From IMG/VR virus record IMGVR_UViG_3300043448_000837, positions 1 to 64,000 of that record: a DNA stretch of 64,000 nucleotides. The stretch is one strand, 5' to 3'. Position numbers and translations under genes: made by a program. Numbering within the stretch: the stretch's first letter is position 1; every line of letters begins with the position of its first letter. The DNA comes from a virus. Positions 56,010 to 64,000 of this stretch are shown piece by piece. Below the pieces are notes generated by a model. It did no database searches and was not told the origin of the DNA. It saw only the letters and a program-made list of their open reading frames with translations.

Positions 56010-56214
56010 GGTAGTTGCAAGAGGGGCAGTGGACGTTGTACTGGGGCGGATAAGATGTCAGCATGACACTTGGGCTCGAATCCCACAGTTCGTTTCCGCA
56101 AAGTGGGCACGCGATGCCATTCGGTGCGGGGGATCCCCACCGAGCTCGCTGAACTTCAAAGTTGTGCTCTTCCAGGGACTTGAGATTGTTGAGTTTGGTC
56201 ATGTCAACCTCCAA
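55993..56214 (-). CDS. Small zinc-ribbon protein
   Basis: CPLCG...CPSC. Confidence 0.6.
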   Translation of the reverse strand: MEVDMTKLNNLKSLEEHNFEVQRARWGSPAPNGIACPLCGNELWDSSPSVMLTSYPPQYNVHCPSCNYHGYRY

Positions 56215-56404
56215 CGTCTCCGCTCACAACGACGGGCTCCACATCGCCACAGAGGACCTCGACCTCAATTCGGCCCATGATACTCAGGACATGGTCTCTC
56301 ACCCGCTCTCTCGTTTCCTTTGTGAATCCCTCGTAGTTGGAAATCCTCAAACTCTTGTTGAGCGTGTCAGCGATCACCATCAAGTCACCGGCGGATAGTT
56401 TCAT
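56204..56404 (-). CDS. Hypothetical protein
   Basis: Packed ORF. Confidence 0.55.
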   Translation of the reverse strand: MKLSAGDLMVIADTLNKSLRISNYEGFTKETRERVRDHVLSIMGRIEVEVLCGDVEPVVVSGDVGG

Positions 56405-56406
56405 TG

Positions 56407-56661
56407 TTACTCCTCCCTCACAACTACAAAGTGGCGTTGCGCCTCTGCGGGCAACTGATCGTAAACTTTCTGCTCGTCTCGCAGGGACTTATTCCAGGCT
56501 TGCACCATCAGCAGGTAAATGCAGAGGGAGAGTTCATACGTGGTAATGTCAGGTTTGGGGCGATACTTGAAACTTCGCCCATCCTCAAGCGCCTCCTGCA
56601 GGGAGGTATCCCCAAAGAAGTGAGCGAAGAAGTTAGCGGTGGCGCGATCGGTGTCAGTCAT
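56407..56661 (-). CDS. Hypothetical protein
   Basis: Packed ORF. Confidence 0.55.
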   Translation of the reverse strand: MTDTDRATANFFAHFFGDTSLQEALEDGRSFKYRPKPDITTYELSLCIYLLMVQAWNKSLRDEQKVYDQLPAEAQRHFVVVREE

Positions 56662-56848
56662 TGCTATCAGTGTGAAGACGCCAGTTTACATCACGAGCGG
56701 TTGGAATCTTGAGAGCCATCCGCAGCGTGTTGTTTTCGTGAATCAGCAGCTTGACCATGTCGAGCGTTGTAACCTCGCACTCGGGAAACTGCTTGCCCAC
56801 TTCGTGAGCGATTCGCATGTATTCGGTTTTGTAGTCAAGTTCAATCAT
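56654..56848 (-). CDS. Hypothetical protein
   Basis: ATGA coupling. Confidence 0.55.
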   Translation of the reverse strand: MIELDYKTEYMRIAHEVGKQFPECEVTTLDMVKLLIHENNTLRMALKIPTARDVNWRLHTDSND

Positions 56849-57201
56849 TCGGGCAAAGCCTCCAGTGCGCGGCGGATGTTGGCAAGATCTTTCATCTGGT
56901 CACTGAAGAATTCTCCCGTTGCTACAAGGCGTTTGAGTCCCTCCAGTGCTACCTCCTTCAAGCTCGGTGGCCTTGGACGGCGATAGTTGTAGAACTCAAT
57001 CACATCTTCTTCCTCCCACCCAGCACACTGCTTGAGGTAATTTCCGCAAGCCAGTAGCTCCTGATCTGCGCCCCATTGGGCGGCACTGGCAGCCAAGTGC
57101 AGATCGCTTTGCGCTACTCGCACTGGCGTGCCTTCATGCCAGATCTCGCCAATCCATTTCTCTACGATCTCCGGCGGTGGGGTAAGTTTGGGGTCAGTCA
57201 C
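56845..57201 (-). CDS. Paralog family TPPPE/AAQWGAD/RPxPPSLKE/IRRALEALPE
   Basis: Shares motif blocks with 61787-62131; GTG start. Confidence 0.7.
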   Translation of the reverse strand: MTDPKLTPPPEIVEKWIGEIWHEGTPVRVAQSDLHLAASAAQWGADQELLACGNYLKQCAGWEEEDVIEFYNYRRPRPPSLKEVALEGLKRLVATGEFFSDQMKDLANIRRALEALPE

Positions 57202-57385
57202 TACATGCCTCCTCTCGAAGTTCAGTTGTAATCCAATCAATCTGAGGACCAAACGCCTCCTCCAACCATATCGCCACTTCTCGAATAGCAGCGCGAGCTT
57301 CCGGTTGGCCAGTAGTTTTTGAACGTGCGTATTCAACGTAGATTGCGTGTTGAACCCGATTCACTAACGAGTCGTAGTCACTCAT
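57194..57385 (-). CDS. Hypothetical protein (EARAAIREVA motif)
   Basis: Packed ORF. Confidence 0.55.
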   Translation of the reverse strand: MSDYDSLVNRVQHAIYVEYARSKTTGQPEARAAIREVAIWLEEAFGPQIDWITTELREEACSD

Positions 57386-57986
57386 TTCCCGAACCCTCAC
57401 CTCCCTTCAGTGCCATGAAGGCGTCCCTGAACCCCCACCATCGCATTTCGTACTCCCCGGCCCCCCACTCACCATACTTTTCGTAGTAGGCTTTCAAAGC
57501 CGGGGACAGTTCGTATTTCACGCAGTAGTCGTCGTACAAGTCAAAGACTTTGTTGATAGCGGCCTTGCAAGGATCATCCAGCTCGTACTCTTCGTGTTCT
57601 TCCACGAATTCCAGCATATCCTTAAGAGCCGCAACCTCATCTTCGTTAAAACTGCAAGAAATCTCACCTTGCTCGTAACTCGGAATCAGTTCCGCCTCCA
57701 GCGCCTCGTCAGTCATGATTGGTTGCATATTTGCAAACAGGTGTTTAGCTACTTCTTTGCTTTGCTCTTTGATGTTTGCCTGGGCTCTTGCCATCGCGAT
57801 TCCTTTGGCAAGGTAACCCCAGTCGCGCACTTCGGTGACGGGTTTCGTTTCACCGCAAACCTCACATTGCCCTTCATAGATGCTTGAGCACCCGACAGAA
57901 TACTTGCCGTATGCTTGACCGCAATCTTTGCACACAACGTCGGCTTGGGTCAGCCTTGTGACTAGGTTTTCACTCAAGGGTTTCAT
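57378..57986 (-). CDS. Hypothetical protein with N-terminal Zn finger
   Basis: CKDCG...CEVCG. Confidence 0.65.
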   Translation of the reverse strand: MKPLSENLVTRLTQADVVCKDCGQAYGKYSVGCSSIYEGQCEVCGETKPVTEVRDWGYLAKGIAMARAQANIKEQSKEVAKHLFANMQPIMTDEALEAELIPSYEQGEISCSFNEDEVAALKDMLEFVEEHEEYELDDPCKAAINKVFDLYDDYCVKYELSPALKAYYEKYGEWGAGEYEMRWWGFRDAFMALKGGEGSGNE

Positions 57987-58177
57987 CTGCCTTGCTCCTG
58001 GTTTTGATTGTAATAGTAAGGAAAGAGTTCTCTCAGAATTGTGTCAACGGCGTTGTAGGTTTTACCTCCAATCTTGCAACTCTCAAGCTGGTAACGGCGA
58101 AGGAGTTGGTAAAGGGTACGGTACTCAGAGGGGGTCATAGTTTCTTTGTGCAGCGCACAGAAATTGGGCTCAGTCAT
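57983..58177 (-). CDS. Hypothetical protein
   Basis: Starts MTEPNFCAL, like 47450 (MTEPNFRAL). Confidence 0.55.
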   Translation of the reverse strand: MTEPNFCALHKETMTPSEYRTLYQLLRRYQLESCKIGGKTYNAVDTILRELFPYYYNQNQEQGR

Positions 58178-58386
58178 TTCTTCTCCTTAAGCTTCAGGTA
58201 ATTATACTCCGTGGCGCACTGTTTGGGTTGTTCGGTGCAGTAGATGATTCCGGCGTTTCTGCCACGTTCGATGTTACCTTTCTCTGGCAGAGTTGCGCCG
58301 ATAGAAATTAACATTCCCGAAACCACAAGGACGATAAAGCATGTCATAAATCCGACAAACACTGATTCTCCTTCTGTTCTTATCAT
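58174..58386 (-). CDS. Small membrane protein
   Basis: One hydrophobic helix. Confidence 0.55.
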   Translation of the reverse strand: MIRTEGESVFVGFMTCFIVLVVSGMLISIGATLPEKGNIERGRNAGIIYCTEQPKQCATEYNYLKLKEKK

Positions 58387-58625
58387 TCTCCACCCTCCAG
58401 TTCGTCGGCGATGAGCTCCAGGGTGCTTGCGCGGATGTACTCAACGCCGCCTATGAACTCAGTGTCTACCCGCCAATCGTTTGCAACAGCTCGCAGTGAA
58501 GCGGCGATAGTGGATGCCATCCGCGCTGCTTCATTGGAAACGTCGCAAGGATTAAGGTCGTATTCCTTGCGTATAGCTGCTGCAAGCACCGCATGCGCGG
58601 CGGGGGAGAGTTCAATCATTGGCAC
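58383..58625 (-). CDS. Paralog family LSPAAxAVL/AAxLRA/IADELEG
   Basis: Shared motif blocks. Confidence 0.65.
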   Translation of the reverse strand: MPMIELSPAAHAVLAAAIRKEYDLNPCDVSNEAARMASTIAASLRAVANDWRVDTEFIGGVEYIRASTLELIADELEGGE

Positions 58626-58818
58626 CCTCCAGCTCCTCGGCGATCAGGCGGATCTGGGAGGAATCCACAGCGCGGACACCAAGAACGTCGTAACCAAGTT
58701 GCTCGTCAAGGGCACGCAGTGCGGCGGCAAGAGCTTTGCGATCGGTTTCGAACGAAGGCTCATTGTAAAGGCCAATTCGGTTGAAGGCAGTGTAAACTGC
58801 AAGAGCTTGAGAAGTCAT
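58612..58818 (-). CDS. Paralog family LSPAAxAVL/AAxLRA/IADELEG
   Basis: AAALRA, IAEELEGAN. Confidence 0.65.
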   Translation of the reverse strand: MTSQALAVYTAFNRIGLYNEPSFETDRKALAAALRALDEQLGYDVLGVRAVDSSQIRLIAEELEGAND

Positions 58819-59018
58819 TCGGGCAAAATAAAGTCAATGTCGGAGGCGATTGCGTTGAGAATCGCGGTCTCTTCCCACAGAAGAGTGCCGTAGTCGCGGG
58901 AACCCTTCTCGCAGGCACGATTGCACTCGTGGGTCAGATTGTGCGCCTCGTTGCGAAGGGCTTGGATCACACGCTCCCAATCGGCGCGGCAGAGGGTGAA
59001 GGTGTACAAAGGTTCCAT
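58815..59018 (-). CDS. Hypothetical protein
   Basis: Coupled at both ends. Confidence 0.55.
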   Translation of the reverse strand: MEPLYTFTLCRADWERVIQALRNEAHNLTHECNRACEKGSRDYGTLLWEETAILNAIASDIDFILPE

Positions 59019-59296
59019 CAGTTGAAACCCTCCAGTTCGTCGGCGATGGCGAGGATTGCCTCACGGATTGAGTCACTTCTTGCCTCCATTCCTTGGTCCC
59101 ACTCGATGTGGCCAGTGAATGAGGCATAGTCATCGGGTGCTACCTGATCAGCAGCAGCTCGCAGAGCGGCGGCCACTTCCAATCGCGTGCATTGAAAAGC
59201 AACGATTTCGGTTTCCGGGTGACAAACGGAAGTTGCTGCATTCAGCACCGCCTGCGCGGCGGGAGAGAGAGTGGTCACAGCGGTTTCGTTTTCCAT
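59018..59296 (-). CDS. Paralog family LSPAAxAVL/AAxLRA/IADELEG
   Basis: Leaderless after cassette J. Confidence 0.7.
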   Translation of the reverse strand: MENETAVTTLSPAAQAVLNAATSVCHPETEIVAFQCTRLEVAAALRAAADQVAPDDYASFTGHIEWDQGMEARSDSIREAILAIADELEGFN

Positions 59297-59371
59297 GAAT
59301 TAACTATAGCGCCTTTTGCCCGTTTTCGAAAGGGGGGCAAACCGCCCCATCAGGTAGGGGAAACCGTCCCT
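59297..59371 (-). promoter_or_regulatory. Early promoter cassette J
   Basis: TATAGT-6-ATG plus tandem boxes. Confidence 0.85.
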
Positions 59372-59514
59372 CGGATGGGACCGTCGCCTTTGCCTTCCAG
59401 AGACTTTACAAGTAGCTCGGTGAACTTCTCTTGAGCCTCGGAATCGTACGCCATCATATTGCCGTTCAGCTCTCGAAGTAATTCGGTCAGATCCTTCCAC
59501 TCCTCTTGCTCCAT
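59350..59514 (-). CDS. Small hypothetical protein (54 aa)
   Basis: Own translation MEQEEWKDLTELL...; GAGGA SD; reads into cassette J. Confidence 0.55.
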   Translation of the reverse strand: MEQEEWKDLTELLRELNGNMMAYDSEAQEKFTELLVKSLEGKGDGPIRGTVSPT

Positions 59515-59527
59515 GTTTCGTCCTCAA

Positions 59528-59806
59528 TCAAAAAACATCGTTTGGTGTGAATACTAGGCTAGCGTCTGCTGCCCACTCCACGATTCTATCTCCCAAGTCA
59601 AGTGCTTCTTCCGGGGATAGAAGAATCTCCTCAAAGTCACCATACTCAGATCGCCGCCCCAGAATATAGCGAGCAGCGTGTACAACTCGCTTCCAGAACG
59701 GTAACGGGCTTAGGTGTATTTCGATAAACAGGTCTTCGGTGTCCGAGGTAACTACGAGCGAATGCTGAATACTTCCGCAGCGGCAAAGGTATAGCGTTCG
59801 CTTCAT
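59528..59806 (-). CDS. Hypothetical protein
   Basis: CRCGS..H, FWKRV...YILG. Confidence 0.6.
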   Translation of the reverse strand: MKRTLYLCRCGSIQHSLVVTSDTEDLFIEIHLSPLPFWKRVVHAARYILGRRSEYGDFEEILLSPEEALDLGDRIVEWAADASLVFTPNDVF

Positions 59807-60195
59807 CGCTTCACGTGAATTACAGGAACGTTGTTCCTCTGCAGCATCTCGATATTCCCAGCGTTATCGTCAGCCCAAACAAGCGGATCACCGTAGAACG
59901 AACGGATCCTGTTTAGGTGATCTTCCTTGATAACGTGATCCGGAACTCCCTCTTGATCGTCTGGGCGCATGAAGATTTGAATCGGAAGAAGGCCGCGCAT
60001 CTTCAACCATTCGGTTGTTTGTGGGCGCAGTCGTTCAGGGCGAGCGGTCGAGATTAGCAGAGGACGTTCAGCCTGGAGGGCGATTGCCACAAGAAGCATC
60101 GCGGCATTTTCTCTCAGGGTTAGGAGGTTGTTCTCGTCGTAATGCTCTGAGGTAAGGGTGCCATCAATGTCAAAGACAACAGGTTGTTTTCTCAT
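59803..60195 (-). CDS. HAD phosphatase (T4 PNK 3'-phosphatase-like)
   Basis: VVFDIDGTL, STARPE, T.EWL, FMR, K, ADDN. Confidence 0.8.
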   Translation of the reverse strand: MRKQPVVFDIDGTLTSEHYDENNLLTLRENAAMLLVAIALQAERPLLISTARPERLRPQTTEWLKMRGLLPIQIFMRPDDQEGVPDHVIKEDHLNRIRSFYGDPLVWADDNAGNIEMLQRNNVPVIHVKR

Positions 60196-60449
60196 ACCAA
60201 TTTTGCTTGCAGTTTGTCCAGGGTCTGAAGAAGGTTGTTCATTCGGTTTGCCTCTTGCTGAGCCTCGTCCAGTTGCCCCCTCGTAACGTAGGTGGCGATT
60301 GTTTTCGAGCGCCCCGCGCGATAAGTTTCTGCGTAGGCGTCGGCGCATAGTGCCAGAATCGCCCACTGTTCGTTGGTCAGGGTTACCGAGCGACTGATTT
60401 CGTTCTCAGGCTCTCCTGCGAAAACAACTAGCTCTGTGTCAGTCAACAT
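60192..60449 (-). CDS. Hypothetical protein
   Basis: Packed ORF. Confidence 0.55.
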   Translation of the reverse strand: MLTDTELVVFAGEPENEISRSVTLTNEQWAILALCADAYAETYRAGRSKTIATYVTRGQLDEAQQEANRMNNLLQTLDKLQAKLV

Positions 60450-60678
60450 TTTCTCTCTCTTTGAAGAATTCCGCTGCGATTCTGTCCGCGTTTCGCTTTA
60501 TTTCGTAGCGCACCCATGGGCTGTCCGGGTGATAGCGAACCTTGAACCAGAAACGTTGAAGCTCGATGCGGAGGAGCTTGGATTGCAACACTAACCAGTC
60601 ATACACGTTGCTATCTTGAACAACAACGTAAACGAGGCAAGCGCCAATCGTGAACCAAGTTAGTGTGGCGACGTTCAT
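60439..60678 (-). CDS. Small membrane-anchored protein
   Basis: N-terminal hydrophobic helix. Confidence 0.55.
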   Translation of the reverse strand: MNVATLTWFTIGACLVYVVVQDSNVYDWLVLQSKLLRIELQRFWFKVRYHPDSPWVRYEIKRNADRIAAEFFKERENVD

Positions 60679-60860
60679 AGTATATTTGCCGAGTCAACTA
60701 CTACAAGAGTTGAATCGATAGCAACTAGCCACGTGTTCAACAGTTTTTTCAGTTTATCGTTATCAACGTTCTCACCGTTGATGTTTAGGTTGAGGTCAGT
60801 GTCGTGATCGCCGTTGTAAGACCGGTAGGAAAAGTCAACGGTGTTCTTTTCAGAGCTCAT
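60675..60860 (-). CDS. Hypothetical protein
   Basis: Start MSSEKN. Confidence 0.5.
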   Translation of the reverse strand: MSSEKNTVDFSYRSYNGDHDTDLNLNINGENVDNDKLKKLLNTWLVAIDSTLVVVDSANIL

Positions 60861-61122
60861 TTTGTTTCTTGATGTTGAGTAGGAGAAGGAAGCCTTCGTA
60901 TTTTGAGAAGGTGGCAACAGGTTGCCAGTGGTTCAGATAAGAGGTCGAAAGATACCACTCGTCGTCTTTTTTGTAGACGCGAGCGACAGGAACACCCCCA
61001 TAACTAGCAGCGTAAATCACCTCCGCTTCCGAGGAGGAGACGATCCACAATGGTGACTGATAGTCCAAGGGTTTACCGTACTCGACGAATGTTCTCCCAG
61101 TAAGGAGAGTCTGGACGTTCAT
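60850..61122 (-). CDS. Hypothetical protein
   Basis: Packed ORF. Confidence 0.5.
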   Translation of the reverse strand: MNVQTLLTGRTFVEYGKPLDYQSPLWIVSSSEAEVIYAASYGGVPVARVYKKDDEWYLSTSYLNHWQPVATFSKYEGFLLLLNIKKQNEL

Positions 61123-61381
61123 TGGGTTGCACCTTGATCGGAGTGAGAGTTGCTTTGCGACGCTTGAGAATTTCCCAGAGTCCCGCTTTCAATCGCGGGT
61201 CGGTAGTAGTATTATAGGCAGTCACGAGTTTCGTAAATGCCTCGTCGCGTTCGGGAATGCGGAGGTTTTCACGCGAGAGAATGTCTTTCGTGAGGTCAAG
61301 ATCGCCAGGTTTGCCTTGAACTTTTGCCCTGCCGAAATTGCCGGTGTGAACGCCAGTAGTTCGTAGTCCGTGATTTGCCAT
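61073..61381 (-). CDS. Hypothetical protein
   Basis: TGATG coupling. Confidence 0.6.
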   Translation of the reverse strand: MANHGLRTTGVHTGNFGRAKVQGKPGDLDLTKDILSRENLRIPERDEAFTKLVTAYNTTTDPRLKAGLWEILKRRKATLTPIKVQPNERPDSPYWENIRRVR

Positions 61382-61587
61382 CAGTTAGCACCCTCCAGCT
61401 CGTCGGCGATGGCGAGGAGGATGTCAACAGGGACTACCTCAATCGTTTTATTTACCGCTACGTCGGCAAAGGTACTTTGTTTTGCAGCAGCTCGCAGCAC
61501 GGCGGCAACCGACAGCCTGTTGTCGCAAGGTGCTTTCAGGTAGGCATCCAGTACCGCCTGCGCGGCGGGGGAGAGAGGTTCAGTCAT
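61381..61587 (-). CDS. Paralog family LSPAAxAVL/AAxLRA/IADELEG
   Basis: MTEPLSPAAQAVL...AIADELEGAN. Confidence 0.7.
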   Translation of the reverse strand: MTEPLSPAAQAVLDAYLKAPCDNRLSVAAVLRAAAKQSTFADVAVNKTIEVVPVDILLAIADELEGAN

Positions 61588-61790
61588 AGATTTGAAAGAA
61601 AAACGAGTAGTTGTGCGATCAGAAGCAAAGTCAGGCCTATCGGGCCCATAATGACAAAGTAGGCGTAGAAAATCAACAGCATCATTGCGTCTACAAGTTC
61701 CATGCCTCTGATCCAATGGCGCTCGCTGAACGCGAAAATCAAGCACGAAAAGATGCCAGCGATGATCCAGAGGGTGGTGCTGCCAGTCAT
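61584..61790 (-). CDS. Small membrane protein
   Basis: Two hydrophobic segments. Confidence 0.55.
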   Translation of the reverse strand: MTGSTTLWIIAGIFSCLIFAFSERHWIRGMELVDAMMLLIFYAYFVIMGPIGLTLLLIAQLLVFLSNL

Positions 61791-62131
61791 TCAGGCAGCG
61801 CCTCCAGTGCGCGGCGGATCAGGTCAGAGTCCCCGCCAGATGTTTCAAATGCCGCTGCAAATGACTCAAAGTGGATCAGCGCCTGCTCCTTCAAGCTCGG
61901 CGGCTTGGGGCGGCGAATCATACGAAGATCTGTTGAAACATGCTTGCCGTCGCAAATCAATTCACGGGCAAGCACCTCGCAGCACGCCTCCAGCTCAGTG
62001 TCGGCGCCCCATTGAGCGGCGCGATCAATCATGTAATCTTCGCGCTCAACGCTAATAACCTTGAACGGCGACTCTGATAGCCATTCACACCGCAGCTCCG
62101 GCGGTGGGGTGATGGGGTGTTGGTTAGTCAT
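61787..62131 (-). CDS. Paralog family TPPPE/AAQWGAD/RPxPPSLKE/IRRALEALPE
   Basis: Shares motif blocks with 56845-57201. Confidence 0.7.
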   Translation of the reverse strand: MTNQHPITPPPELRCEWLSESPFKVISVEREDYMIDRAAQWGADTELEACCEVLARELICDGKHVSTDLRMIRRPKPPSLKEQALIHFESFAAAFETSGGDSDLIRRALEALPE

Positions 62132-62141
62132 GTTGGTTAAT

Positions 62142-62378
62142 TCAGTTGCCAGGAAAGGTGATCGTGAGCTCATCGCTCCAGAGAGCAGAACTTTCACAGC
62201 GAGACAGGTGCATCACGCAGCCTCCGCCAACCATTGTGAAGTCAGGGTCAAGTCGAACTAGGAAAGGTTGGTTGGAGTATTCAACTCGGCAGCAAAGGTA
62301 GTGACCCGGTGCGGTAGGTCTGTTGCGAGGTTTAAGGGTTAGGTTCGTTGTGAGGGGCACGGGGTCGTTTTCGTTCAT
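62142..62378 (-). CDS. Hypothetical early protein
   Basis: Leaderless after cassette K. Confidence 0.6.
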   Translation of the reverse strand: MNENDPVPLTTNLTLKPRNRPTAPGHYLCCRVEYSNQPFLVRLDPDFTMVGGGCVMHLSRCESSALWSDELTITFPGN

Positions 62379-62451
62379 GAATTAACTATAGCGCCTTTTG
62401 CCCGTTTTCGAAAGGGGGCAAACCGCCCTCCCAGGTACGGTTAACCGCCCT
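62379..62451 (-). promoter_or_regulatory. Early promoter cassette K
   Basis: AGGGCGGTTAACCGTACCTGGGAGGGCGGTTTGCCCCCTTTCGA-17-TATAGT-6-ATG. Confidence 0.85.
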
Positions 62452-62578
62452 ACTCGTGATAACCGATAATCACGTATCCTTGCTTCCTCAGGTCGTCCAA
62501 AGCGTGTTTCCCCCAGGGAACCCATCGCCACTCAGTTTTTCCACCTGTAAGAAGCAAGTGAACGCACATGTACCTCAT
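62450..62578 (-). CDS. Small hypothetical protein (42 aa)
   Basis: Own translation MRYMCVHLLLTGGKTEWRWVPW...; TAG overlaps cassette K. Confidence 0.5.
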   Translation of the reverse strand: MRYMCVHLLLTGGKTEWRWVPWGKHALDDLRKQGYVIIGYHE

Positions 62579-62579
62579 C

Positions 62580-63461
62580 TCAGCACCCAAGTGTCTGCAG
62601 GATTTTACCTTTGCGCTTCAACATCTGCTTGAACTCAAGCGCCTCGAAGAGCGCCTCGACGTGAAGGGGAATGGGCGGACTCGACGCAAACCAGATCAGA
62701 TCCGGAACGTCGTGCTCCAGCGTTACCAAACGCAGGTTAGCGAGGAAAGTCCCGGCATTGTCTTTCACCTTCGGGTGAAGGCAAATTCGGTCGGCACCGG
62801 TGAGTCCCGAGAAAACGTCCTCCTTGGGGCGACTTTCCTCGATAATTTTGACGGCAGTCTTCGGACCGATCTTAGGAATCCCTGCCACGTTATCGCTGGA
62901 ATCACCGCTGAGCGCCTTGAAGTATTTGACCTCTGCCGGGAACACACCGAAGTGATTAAGCACGCCGTCAATGTCAACAAGCTCGATCTTCTTCGTCGAG
63001 CTAAACAGCAGGACCTTCACCCTGTTGCTAACTAACTGAAGCAAATCTTTGTCACAAGTTAAGATGTGAATTTCGTCGTAGGCCGTTGAATGACGTGAAA
63101 TATGCGCGATTACGTCGTCAGCCTCGTAGCCTGGTGCCTTCGCGATCGTCATGCCCAGCGTGGGCAAAACTTCATCCAGCAGCAGGCTTTGATCGGCGTA
63201 GTGGGCAATGTCGCCACCCTCACGATTGGCCTTGTAGGCAGTTGACTCTTTCTTGCGCCAGTTGTTTCCACCTTCGGCGCAGGGAATCACGCAGCTATAC
63301 TCTTCCTTCGCCATGATGGCAAAGAGTGCGTTTAGGAACCCCATTGTCCCGGTAACGGGAATTCCGGCCGAAGTTGTGAGCTCACCGCAGGTGCGTGTGA
63401 GTGCAGATCGCGAGCGGTGGAACAGGGCGGAGCAGTCGATTAGCAGCAGGCGGTTCTTCAT
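62580..63461 (-). CDS. 5'-3' exonuclease / flap endonuclease (Pol I N-terminal-like)
   Basis: LLLID, YKANR, GYEADD, DKDLLQL, LSGDSSDNVAGIPKIGPKTA. Confidence 0.93.
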   Translation of the reverse strand: MKNRLLLIDCSALFHRSRSALTRTCGELTTSAGIPVTGTMGFLNALFAIMAKEEYSCVIPCAEGGNNWRKKESTAYKANREGGDIAHYADQSLLLDEVLPTLGMTIAKAPGYEADDVIAHISRHSTAYDEIHILTCDKDLLQLVSNRVKVLLFSSTKKIELVDIDGVLNHFGVFPAEVKYFKALSGDSSDNVAGIPKIGPKTAVKIIEESRPKEDVFSGLTGADRICLHPKVKDNAGTFLANLRLVTLEHDVPDLIWFASSPPIPLHVEALFEALEFKQMLKRKGKILQTLGC

Positions 63462-64000
63462 TGAGGGTCGGTTTCGATCTGAAAGAAGGTGTCTTGGGTG
63501 GCGTTGTAGGCAGTTAGCACTCCGGTTTTGTACGCAAGAGTGTCAATGCAAATACCGTTCGGAATTCGGTAGGGCAATGCGCCTTTCGGAGTGTGACCGA
63601 AGACAACTTTCTTGAGGTTCGGGGTCCACTTTTCAAATTGCGGCCCATCGTCCAGAAAGGGTTTCCGCATCCATAGAAATTGCTCTCGAAGGAAGTGCGT
63701 CCCCATCATCGTTTGGGGATCCTCACCAGGCGGGCACCCTGCGTGCGTAAACAGTGTGTCACCGATTACAGCGTAGTACGGCAGCTCGCGAAGCCATTCG
63801 GCGTGTTTCCGTAGTTTTTCGAAATCTTCCCAGTTTCCACCATTCTTGACCCAGTCTTCCCACCCGCAACCCTCGTCAGCGTTTAGAAACATCTGCTCGT
63901 GATTGCCACGAATCACGGTGAATGCCTCAAGACCGTTGCGAGTGGGATCCTCGAGAAGGCAGCGAGTGAGTTCCAGGACGACCAAGTCCTCCCCGCCACG
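63458..64000 (-). CDS. Metallophosphoesterase (Ser/Thr phosphatase, NinI-like); 5' end outside the window
   Basis: RGNHE, FTHAG, LWMR, VVFGHTP, IDT. Confidence 0.88.
   Translation of the reverse strand, partial: RGGEDLVVLELTRCLLEDPTRNGLEAFTVIRGNHEQMFLNADEGCGWEDWVKNGGNWEDFEKLRKHAEWLRELPYYAVIGDTLFTHAGCPPGEDPQTMMGTHFLREQFLWMRKPFLDDGPQFEKWTPNLKKVVFGHTPKGALPYRIPNGICIDTLAYKTGVLTAYNATQDTFFQIETDPQ

Noticed and set aside
46724-62451. Repeats as a CRISPR array or canonical integron attC sites
   Set aside because: Spacing is irregular (0.3-5 kb) and contains genes; no cas or integrase gene is present; no convincing RYYYAAC/GTTRRRY ends
1-64000. Plus-strand ORFs in the track (e.g. 1229-1987, 11372-12124, 26761-27474, 28405-29178, 42150-42893)
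   Set aside because: Antisense shadows of well-supported minus-strand genes, with no recognisable motifs

Overview
This window is 64 kb of a large contractile-tailed (myovirus-type) phage genome. Essentially all genes lie on the minus strand, so transcription runs right to left. The host is probably a cyanobacterium, inferred only from gene-family flavour. The right part (about 38.3-64 kb) is an early/replication region: metallophosphoesterase, 5'-3' exonuclease, many small paralogous ORFs, thioredoxin, SprT protease, GyrA/ParC-like topoisomerase and a mitochondrial Pol-gamma-like DNA polymerase. It also has a five-gene putative DNA hypermodification operon (TET/JBP dioxygenase, glycosyltransferase, HAD phosphatase, nucleotidyltransferase, kinase). 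This region is punctuated by about 8 near-identical ~74-bp cassettes plus 3 reduced copies, each with tandem palindromic boxes, a sigma70-like promoter and a leaderless start codon. The left part (1-38.3 kb) is the late region: Mu-like head module, sheath, tube, baseplate, a tail chaperone with a -1 frameshift, terminase, PhoH and homing endonucleases. Two accessory proteins there start with a copy of the sheath N-terminal PGVYINE arm, and candidate head-packaged proteins carry F-x-E propeptide motifs. A GGGTAAAA motif precedes 15 genes, mostly late. No tRNA, CRISPR array, reverse transcriptase, integrase or tape measure gene was recognised. All family calls come from motif recognition by eye, not database searches.
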